64,000 nt of DNA. It comes from Trichoplax adhaerens. Lineage: Eukaryota; Animalia; Placozoa. This document shows positions 53,629-64,000 of this stretch, piece after piece; the stretch's first letter is position 1; each line of letters opens with the position of its first letter. The notes beneath the pieces are model-generated. The model saw only the letters and a program-made list of their open reading frames with translations. It had not been told where the DNA came from and made no database searches. A program made the position numbers and the translations under genes. The stretch covers positions 2,446,462-2,510,461 of the forward strand of contig NW_002060943.1 of assembly GCF_000150275.1 (NCBI RefSeq), read 5' to 3'.

Positions 53629-54137
53629 CTAGCCTTGTATGCAACCAAACAAGAAAGGAATTTCACCCTTATTCTCATCGCAAATGATTGGAGCTGCTTG
53701 AGTGGTAGTAAGTTCTTGCAAAACGTCTTCATCATCCAATAGTTTGCTATCAAGTCCTAGATTTTCTAATTCTTCTTTCAATTCTGTGATTGAGGGCAAA
53801 ATTTAGAATATTCAAAGTATTGTCATCATACAATAAAACAGCTGAAAATGGATTGAATTTTTCTATATAAATGGAAAGTCTTCAGGGCTCTTTAATCGTT
53901 ACATTACTAAAGAAAGAGTTGATTCTTACTTTCCACGTAGTCATGTTCTAACATTCTCTTCGTGTTAAAATCTCGAGAGCTCGGATCGTTCCAAGCTTCA
54001 GACGTTTTCTGTTTAGAGTTTATCAAGTAATCAACATTATTCAACTGTTTAGAATGTCTGGAAAGCGGATACCCATTGATGGATATCGATGATATCGTCA
54101 GGATCAAAGCGAAAGCAACAACTGCAATTTTCATCAT
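53629..54137 (-). CDS. Secreted prepropeptide-like protein, 120 aa, two coding exons
   Basis: Exon 54137-53930 (GTAAG donor, phase 1) and exon 53783-53629 (CAG acceptor) join in frame: MMKIAVVAFALILTISSISING-YPLSRH...FNTKR-MLEHDYVEKLKEELENLGLDSKLLDDEDVLQELTTTQAAPIICDENKGEIPFLFGCIQG*. Shows a signal peptide, KR site, acidic spacer and terminal Cys pair + Gly. Likely non-coding upstream exon (GTAAGT donor ~54748). Confidence 0.72.
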
Positions 54138-57100
54138 TTCTGCTTAGAATTCGATAAATGTGTGAAGCCTATAAATTAAAAGTAAACTTTTTTTATTTCT
54201 GAATATGAAATAATATACAAAAATAATTTTAAGCATGCTGTGAAATATTTATAGGATTATGAAAGGATGAACTAAGAAGTATCATTTTTGCTGCATTTCA
54301 TAATAGCTAATATAAGCTGCATCACAGACTTGAATAATCACAATTTTAATGCATCTACTTAGGTAATTTTCAAGTGGTACCGTACTATAGCTGACTATAC
54401 AAACTGGTATACTAGTTGCGTATACTTGCATGCTCTTTCCTTTAGATGTATTCAAGACTGATCATAGCATATGAATCTAGTTCTATGAAAAATTCGTGAA
54501 TTACAATTTACACCATCTTTTTAGTTCAAAGCTTGGGAAGGAAAGATTAAAAATTAAACAGTAGAGCTTAATTGATAAATTCTCTCATTACAATTCATAA
54601 TTTTGTTATACAGATTTTAGATATATACTAAATTAATGAAGTCGATAATTAGATTACATAGAAGAATGAATATCGTAAAATACAGGATGATATTTCAACT
54701 AGAATCGTTATAATAAGTTCTGGTAATAATTAAAAATTCACTACTTACACTAAGAATGCTGTACTGCTTTTCAGAAAAGCCTAAAATGCAAAGTTTATAA
54801 GTAGTTATTGCTTGATGGTTTCTGCTCAAAGCCAGAGAGGTTGAAGGCAAGTGAGAAGAATAAGTTATAACCTACGATTAATATATTAGAAATTCTTTCA
54901 ATTATCTATTTTTTCGACAATATCAAATCGTATTTATGCTAACGGGAATACAAAGTGGGTTGTCGCTGAGATTTCGAAAGACCACCGGAATGAAGGCGGT
55001 AAAGATACTTTACCAAAGATTGATACTGATTGTTTAGCAATTCAATATTTACTTCAGTTGCTAATATCAATCAAAAGTATGATAAAGTATAATTAGATCA
55101 TATCTCAAATTAGACGAAAGGAACAATCAACAAGCATAGATAATAAAACATCGACTAAAGAGACATCCTGATCTTTACAAGATAAAAAGACATTTAACTT
55201 TTGCTTGGATCAACCTACATATTGTCATTTTCTAAGCATTGTTACGCAAATATCAATTTTAAACAATTAGAATTTTATAAATGGCGTAATTCCGAGACAC
55301 CGTAAAATGATTGTAGAGGTTAGCAACAAGAACGAAATTCAAATTCAAGAAGAGGGCTGTAACTGTCTCTATACAATCAGAAAATCGAAACAAAAAGAAT
55401 AGATAAATTTGCCTTGATGACATGTATTTATTTCAACACACAGACATACAGTAATTGAATTATGCCTAAGGCAAATTTTTTTCTAGTAATAGTTGTAACA
55501 CCTTTCATTTTCAATTGATTATCTATCATGCCATCTTCTTAGTAGCTGCCACGATAGCTATGATACTATAGCGTCTGGTGAGACTAAAGCTTACTCTCCT
55601 ATCGATGGTGCGATAATTGAGGAGGGATATTTTGGAATTAATAATACGGTTTAACCTTAGCATACTTAGTACTGAACCACATGCTGCATAATGGATATGT
55701 TAACAATGTAAAACTTTAAATTATGCAAATCATCAATGCCGATTACATCATTCGGTCGTAACTAATTCGGTAAATTCTGAATAGGAAGTATAGTTGCAAT
55801 AAATTTTCAGTTCTTGAAAAATGCAGTGATAACTAATCGTGATGATATCAAATAAACTGGAAATCATTGCAGTTGCACATAGGGATACGTTTAGGTAAAA
55901 AATTGATTCAACTAATGACTTTATATCCGAAACTAATTCAACTGTGATTATGAAATCAATTAATCAACGTAACTTTAGTTGTATTATCGTTGTTAAATTA
56001 GAAATACAGTCATATGCCGCGCACTTGATGTCTGCTTTAATAAACAATGGCGCAGTTTTATATCTCATTTCAGTACTTGAAATAATAGCTTGACTTTTTC
56101 AACTTTGACATATGCAGTGATCTAGTGACTATTTTTATATTTTCTAGCAAAATCAAATTGTTAGAAATTGGGCACATTCTTTCGTTTAGTAAAATGCTTT
56201 ATTTTACTTTCTGCTATAGGGCAAATTAAATTAAAACAAATACATTGTAATACTTGATATAGATAATGCGAAGTTTATTCTTCATGTATGAATTAATTAT
56301 AAAAGTACCAGTGCAGAAGATTACGAAATAGCTTCGATTTGATCAAGCACAACCATATTTAGCATCAACTGGGAAATCGCATTCAAGCGAGTAATTGTTT
56401 TATTACTGTATTGAACTATCTGGTGAAATACATCCTCATCTTTATACATTCCTACATCGACCAAATTTACTTATTTAGACATTCGCTATTGAAGTACTAT
56501 TACAAATGAAATATTTACTAGCTTACTTTCGATTTTTACCCTGTTTATTTACGTTATAGAATTGAAAATCTTTTCAGCAAAGATCAACAATTACTGCGTG
56601 CACAGCAAACCCTTCCTTAAAGTATAATTTTAGGCCTTCTATACATTGTATAGGAAGTATTATTTATGAATGACTGTAGGACTAAGTTATGCTATTTTTA
56701 ATGCTAACTGTAGCCGATGAGAAATTAAAAATGACGTGACCTTTATGGAAGCTACATCCTCTTTTTACGGTAGCATTTTCATCAGAATTTCTTTCGTGTG
56801 CGTTCTATGTTATAGGTAGGATAAGAAATAATTATAAATAACTAGTCATTGCGATATCTATTTTATTCATTTTCGATTTATAAATTATGCCCTAAGCTAC
56901 ATCATACCATATAATAATGTATAAGGACGGTCATTTGTAAAGTATATCAAAATGAAGTAGTTTTGTTGTAAGGGAATAGAATATCATCTCTAAATCAAAT
57001 AACTTAAGGCTATCGCGCCATCAAAGGGCCTCTGAATTTTCTTAACAAAAGCATTGTCTGAATATGGAACTATTTTGATTTGAGATTATATAATTTTTTT

Positions 57101-60100
57101 ATATGAATCTTACTGACTAAAGTCGTTCTGATTGTTTTATAGTAGTTACCTCAGGCTAAAACTATTATATCAAGAGATATATTTTTATGCTTTTACTTTC
57201 AAATTTTCCGTTTCAACCTCAGAGCTACATTACGAATGAACTACAGCTGCTATATACAGTAATACTCACATGTTACCGTATAAATAATATTCGCTAGGCT
57301 TTTATATCACTGTAGGCAAATTTGCTATCATGCTTTTCATTAGATAACTGCTAAGAGTAGTTATATTAAATCGAGGGATACTACACATATTTAATATAGA
57401 AGTTAGCCGAAATCTTATTATAGATAAGTTTACGTCCCTGTGTTTGAGAACGCTCACATTTTAACATCTAAAAGTGAGTAAAACTAAGACGGCCAAATTA
57501 TTTAATACAGCGGGTAGTAGACATTAAGCTAAACTTTTGTCTACATCATTGTCGAACGTAATGCATCCAGTTAAAGCTTTCAATAATCTAGAATGTATAA
57601 GTTGTAAAGCTAGCAGGCAAATTTAAAATGATGGAGCTTCCAACTCGGCTTAATAGACATGGAAGCAAGTCCTTTAGTTAAAATCCGTAACTTACTGCCT
57701 TTACTATTAAGAAATTTAAATATAACTAATTGCGATGATGAATAAGTTTGAGTGTTTTTAAAAACCTATTTTCTAGATGAAAAAAATCATATTAGTAATG
57801 AATTACCTTATCTACATGATATTTTATTGAGCAGCTATGCAAGGCTAGTATAAGTATGGGCTACAAAAGTTGCTTTAGGTATACACCCATTATCGAAAAA
57901 TTGTAGATTAGATAGTCATTTTAGGCACTGGTATCGATAAGTTTGACGTTGTCTGGGATTCTATCATGTTAGCGTATGAAGATTATTGATTTATAGATAT
58001 TACTGTACTGTTTCTATTGAATAGTTTGAAAATGATTCAGATTTCCATAAATATGGAATGATACGGCGGTTTTCACATTCAAAGGTTATGCTTCAATAAA
58101 TATCTAAGTTATATCCTTCTCGAGGGCAGCTAACTTAAAAAATGATTCAACATGCTAATTCATTGATAAAATTTTCTGCTTTTTTAAGAAATATTATCAT
58201 AAGACACCATACTTAAATGTATGGATGAATTTATTTATACTATAAGAGTTAATTTATTAAAGTCTTATATTAAATTACTAGAAATAAGAGTAGATAGGAA
58301 TATAATTTTGAGAAAATTATACTACATCCATTCTTAATTTATACCAGTTATTTGTCAGAGAGCATTAGTCTACAATTTCCTGTAAGCGTATAAGTAGACA
58401 GCCTCCACGGATGCACATTGCACAGGCAACCACTATATAAATCAACCTTTACCACAGCTTAAAATCCTGTATACATTTTTTCTGTCACTGAAGGACACTA
58501 ATACATTAATATATGTAACGAAATACAAGGATTGAACGATAAATATATAGCTATTAGCGAAAAATAACTTTGCATGATATTTGTCAATTGTAAATATTTA
58601 ATTAAGACAACAACTATTCAAATGGAATCACAGCTACAAGTAAATTTAAATCCAATTTCAGCTAGATGTTTATACTTTTTTCATGCCATTTAAGGTAATT
58701 ACTGTGTTGAAGATTGGCTTTTTATTGTTATTACCGCATTTTCTATATTCTCCATCAACGACCGGATAAAGATTTATCATTTCCGTTACCTTAAATAAAG
58801 CTATATTCTCTACATTTTCAGTTATTTATTGCTGCTGATAGCATTAATCTGATTAATCACTCTCATTTTATTGAATAAATCCAAGATGTTAACCTAGGGC
58901 GATGTGAATATTGTCTCACTTTTCTGGTCAGCATTTACTTTCGTTAAGGATGCTGTTTGAGTTGATCTTTCACTTCACTCTATGTAGCAAGTAAATTATC
59001 GCATACTTTGAATCACTACAATACAGTAAATTTCTATTTGCAAGTGTAATTACCTGCAACATAATTTGATATTATGCAAGTACCCTTATTTCCATTAATA
59101 TAGCGTTTTTTATCCAAATAGATATCAATATTATTCGAACCTTACGTATCACGTCAATGCAATACTCTAGGTATCATATACAAGATATCTTGTTTGATTA
59201 ATTATACATTATAAATCTGAAATTTTACATAAACAGTTACATTACTCTACATGCATCAAATTATCGATCTTGTTATGCTGTTACGACACAGTAAATAAAT
59301 GTTACCATCAATTAAGATGAATGGATGTTAGAGATCGCTTATTATAGGAAATATAATACTTTCAGAGGCACAAGTGGGAATCTTTATAATATTCTATGTA
59401 ACCAATAACTATCCGTGTATATATATATATGCACATTGCGTACAATAATCTGGTACGATGTAACAACGTAACCCGGTGGTGCCGGTAACATAACACGTAT
59501 ATACGTTTGCAGGCATTTAGGAAATTTACGAAATCCTGATACTGATAAATGTTCGCTAAAGCATATGCAGTACTATATACAGTATAAACTCACATAACAT
59601 GAAAGGTAGGATATGGATGATTTTTGAAGTTAGTCCGAAGAATTGTTTGAATTTTACGAATTTATTGCCTTTAAATTAATATATAGTTATTACCTTAATT
59701 TCTCGGCGCGATACAAAATTCATTGCAATATCATCGCTATCCATTTTTTTCGTAAAACTGATTCAATTAAGTTAAATTTTAATTTTTTATCTTATACAGT
59801 ACATTCATCATATGCAGCGCAATAAGTAATTGGCTGACAAGAAATTTGAACAAATTTTTTCGAGGTACGAATTGTCATGTGAATTTTATCTACGATGGCA
59901 AAAAAATATCTACTTTTAATGACGCCCATGCAGACTTTAAAGCTGAAAGTTAAATCGTAGGAATCATCATTTTCCACCATATAGCTTACACGTAATCGGC
60001 CTTTTTATATGTTTTGACAATATGGTAGCATTTCATATCAAGATAACAACATTAGCGATGCTGTCGCAAATCAGTTATAACAGATTAAATGCAACATCTA

Positions 60101-63100
60101 GTAATTTTACTAGCAGAAATCGACTATTAACATAACGTATTGTCAGAAATTGCCTATTAGATCTGCTAACATACAATAAAACTTATAATATGGGTAAGAA
60201 CTAGAGCACAAAACAAAGTGTTCTCAGAAAGGCACATATAGCACCGTATGATAACTGGTTCGATAGATTGTAGGGAACTGATTTTCAATTGCACTCAACC
60301 CTCTTTCAATAAACAATTGTGGTAAAGTCTACACTTTACAGGGTTCTACAAGTTAAAATAAATAGTTTAATGTATTCTAGGAGATATTAGGTCTCTAATG
60401 AAGGCCTTGCTGTCCAAAAAGTAGGCAATAGAGGCAAAATTCTACTTGGAAATCGATCTAATTACTAGGTTTGGGAATAGAGTGCAGATAGACATGCTAG
60501 GCAGTATGGCAGTATACTGAAATGTTCATATGTATTTCTATTTGACTCATGCAGAACTGCATACTAGTATTTCACAGAAATAAATTTACTGTCATGCACA
60601 TATAGTATTAACTTAAGTGTAATTTTGATATTTCAAGGCTAGTTTTATTGAATTTATAGAGCCTAAGGAACCGATGGTAATATACGTACACACATTATAT
60701 CCTATTAAAGCGCAACTACAAGATATACATTTACCGATAATCAAGAGCACTATGTGCCCTTACTGCAGCAAGTATCGGTGAGCTGGTTTACCATTTACCG
60801 TATTCTCATGAAAGCCAGCAGCAATCCTTGATCATTTAAATTCGTGGCTTCGCGTCTGGTTTCTATCGTACGATACTTTAAATGACTAGAATAATACAGT
60901 TTTATGGTCGATAATACTTTAATGTGAGATCAGTGTGCTTGGCACCTGGTAGTATAAGTTAACGATTATATCATGCTTTACCAGAAGTAAATATTAAAAA
61001 CAAGATGCCGGTAAATTACCGATTTTTCGTTTCTAGACGGTCTATAATCTTTGAGTATCATGCTTAGAGATATTATCGTCATTTTTTCTGCTTTAGTATC
61101 ATAATTTTGGCCGACTCCGACGAGATATCTTGATTTTAATTAACCAAATCCTCATATAATTAATTTATCGTACTGCATTTAATTTATAAACCACAAATTT
61201 TTTATCAAGTACCGTATTAATTTTAAAATTAAATTTCAAACTTTCGATAACTGTTTTAAATCTGAGAGGATTCATTTAATTGATATTATCGTTTCCTGTT
61301 TTAACAATTTGAATTTGAATTTTTGATCTCATAGTTTATCGTTAGGTAATGTAATAACCATAAATGCTCATGAATTCATTATTTTTTAATGTTTGGCGCT
61401 TTAAATACTATAACCTCAGTCAATTAATACCTACAAAGTCACTGGAATTGGCAGAAAATTTTACTTTATTTTCTTTTAATTTTCATCCAGTAATAGCAGA
61501 GAGAACAGCCCAAAAGTAAGTGAACTAAGATGGTTTCAGTGATTGTTCAAGGCCAGAGGGGACGAAAGCTAGTAAGTAATATGCTTGAAGAAGGCCGTGA
61601 GGACTATAAGAGTCGATCCTACTCCTGAAAATACAGTCTGTTTGGATCTGTAAATTATAGATTATTTAACTTTCACGGCTAGTCTCTGAAGTAGCGCTAT
61701 TCTTATGGCCATACTATACTGCATATCTACATTCTCTTCAAGATGATAAACCACTTTTGTGGCTAGTTTGACCTCTTACAATAGTTTACAATTGTGATTA
61801 TGCTAAGCACTGGGCTGTGAATGGGTTCTATAATCATTCTGGTTCGTAGTCACTAACACAATTTAAGTGATTAAATTTGAGTAAATCTCTAACGTGATAT
61901 AGCGCTATCGTACTTCATATGACTTCTATTATTAGCTGAAATTGCCACACACCGATTCCACTATATTGTACAGTATGTCAGTGTTGCTTATATTTGTGTT
62001 ATTGTACCCAAAATCAGAGTAAAATTGCACATCTTTAACTAATATAAAAAATTACTTATGTGATAACATTGCACTTATTTTGAATTTATAACAAGATAAA
62101 GACTCTGACAGCTTTTAAAATTAGTATTTTGGTTATAAATATCTGTTTCGTAGCTTACTATGATCATAAAAAACAAAATCTCCCCGCTGTAATCTACAGC
62201 TTTGGCAAAGCGATGATTTTGGCTTTTCATTCAACTACCGGTCATCGCATTTATAGGTTCCTACGATATGGCTTTGCAAATTTGATCTAACTGGAATTGT
62301 TCATGGCTTAAAATTATCAAATCATTGCATTATACCACAAAATGACTACAAAGGTCAGTCTTTAAGCTAAAATTTCTTTACAGAATTACATTTACTATAA
62401 GTTAGATACCTTAATTTTATTTTTAACGCTTTAATCTTCGTGGATTTTATTGCAATCTTACCTTAATACAATGAATCATAATTTATATTTTATAAGGCTA
62501 AAAAGGAGAATATTAGCATTATTATCACTTACAATTTATTATCACGAAGATGTTTTAAGTCATCTCTTAAAGTAGTCTCGTAACAATTTTTAGATCAGAT
62601 AACCAATAAAAGAAATAACAATATGTCGAAATGTATTTCAAATTTTCGAAACTATCACTAGGTTCGATGTAAATGGTAAATTCGAGCAATATATTTACTG
62701 AATTGGAATATCTATGATACAAACAAAAATATATATTTCAGACTTTATTAAGTGAGTACTACGGTACTACAAATTTTAATGTCAATATGACGGCTCTAGA
62801 TAGAGACAAAGAATAATTTTCCATATCGGTGTCATAGTATAATTGATTGAATTAATACCCGTCCGAAAACAATTGCAAATAATATCGCTTTGGTAAACTT
62901 TATATAATGTTTTCCAATGCATCCGGAGGTTATGGCTTCCAATGTTTTGTTATCATCAGACAAATATAATCTTATTAATCGTTCAATAGGTCTCCTATTA
63001 TTTATAGGATCAATTCTTTAGTTTACTGATGTTGTGTGACTATTAAGAGATAACAAACCAGGGATTATTTTCGAGATGACTATTAACGGGAAATTTAATA

Positions 63101-63542
63101 ATATCACCAAGTAAAAGAAATTTAATACATCATTTTAAGGCTAGTATAAAAGCGAAAATGATATAGCAACCATGAGTATTTTAACGATCAATATCAACAT
63201 AGATGAATTTTTACTACGCCTTTTTTCTCTAATATTTCATCAATGTTCACAAGGATTATTAAAGTTTAATCTTAATTAATTTTAATCCCTTCTTGGTTGA
63301 GTTGATTTCAACTGATTTAACGTTCGAAGATTCAATTAAATTCATAGTTTAGTGATTATCATTCATATAAATTTGCGCCTATTGTTTTCTTCGTTGGCTC
63401 AATGTTCTTTATTGGATTGTTGGTTAAGAATTCTCGTCAAGGAAAATTTTAAAATTTGACATTGATAGTATAAGTTACATATTATAATTGTAAAGCTTTA
63501 ACTACTTTATAGCCTTGCTATAAGTGCATTAACATCGACAAA

Positions 63543-64000
63543 ATGGCTCAGATATCGTGGTTATCGAATTATTTAAATAACAGTAGACTATCAAACTGGA
63601 GTTCTGTAAAGGACCAGAATCCGCCAACGATTTATCAAGTTGTCATTTTAATAACTTTAGAGATTGCTGGCATAGCAGGAAATACATTGGCTATCGTTAT
63701 GACTGTCAAAATGTTAAGATATAAAGGGAATTTACCACAAGTTCTTATTTTATACTTAAGCCTTGCCGATTTATTGACGGTTTTATGCAGCTATACACCG
63801 TCAATTATTGCTCAATTCATTCTAATACCTCACTCATTCTTTTATCCAAGCCATTGGCTATGCCAATTTCAAGCATTTACAATGATGACGTTGCTGTACT
63901 ATTCTAGCGGAATGATCGTCATTATGAGCATAGAGCGTCTATTAGCTATCAAAATGCCAGTATGGTATAAAGTCAATTTCAAGCGTAAGACTGTCTACAT
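63543..64000 (+). CDS. Class A GPCR, prostanoid-receptor-like, 5' part (runs off the window)
   Basis: Open frame MAQISWLSNYLNNSRLSNWSS...AGIAGNTLAIV...LILYLSLADLLTVL...WLCQFQAFTMM...IMSIERLLAIKMPVWYK. Shows N-glycan sites, TM1 GN, TM2 LSLAD and TM3 C...ERxLAI..P..Y, as seen in prostanoid-type receptors. Absent from the ORF track because it has no stop in the window. Confidence 0.85.
   Translation, partial: MAQISWLSNYLNNSRLSNWSSVKDQNPPTIYQVVILITLEIAGIAGNTLAIVMTVKMLRYKGNLPQVLILYLSLADLLTVLCSYTPSIIAQFILIPHSFFYPSHWLCQFQAFTMMTLLYYSSGMIVIMSIERLLAIKMPVWYKVNFKRKTVY

Noticed and set aside
54800-63500. Long region searched for hidden genes, tRNAs or elements
   Set aside because: Only short AT-rich ORFs, a (TA)n run near 59418 and isolated small palindromes; nothing supportable.

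Overview
Eukaryotic, AT-rich (roughly one-third GC by eye), compact animal genomic DNA with short GT-AG introns. Gene content and style suggest an early-branching animal, most plausibly a placozoan (Trichoplax-like); this is inference only. Hand-assembled genes, left to right: 3' part of an equilibrative nucleoside transporter (SLC29A, +), a class A GPCR with an intronless CDS (-), RECQL/RecQ1 helicase (+), SCYL2 pseudokinase (-), SPT2/SPTY2D1 (-) head-to-head with a CCDC59/TAP26-like gene (+), a 19-exon glycogen synthase (-), a ~240-bp tandem array, an orphan acidic helical exon (+), a two-exon secreted prepropeptide-like gene (-), and the 5' part of a prostanoid-receptor-like GPCR (+, truncated by the window end). 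Five observations stand out. (1) The candidate prepropeptide ends in a Cys-x12-Cys ring plus C-terminal Gly. (2) Dense TACAGT/ACTGTA clusters mark the 5' ends of the housekeeping genes but not the GPCR or peptide genes. (3) The glycogen synthase apparently lacks the GSK3/CK2 phospho-tail and has a 42-codon uORF just upstream. (4) The RECQL/GYS/SCYL2/CCDC59/SPT2 linkage matches a vertebrate peptide-hormone-rich paralogon. (5) A structured tandem array sits next to the glycogen synthase promoter. All exon models were read by eye and are not confirmed by transcript data.
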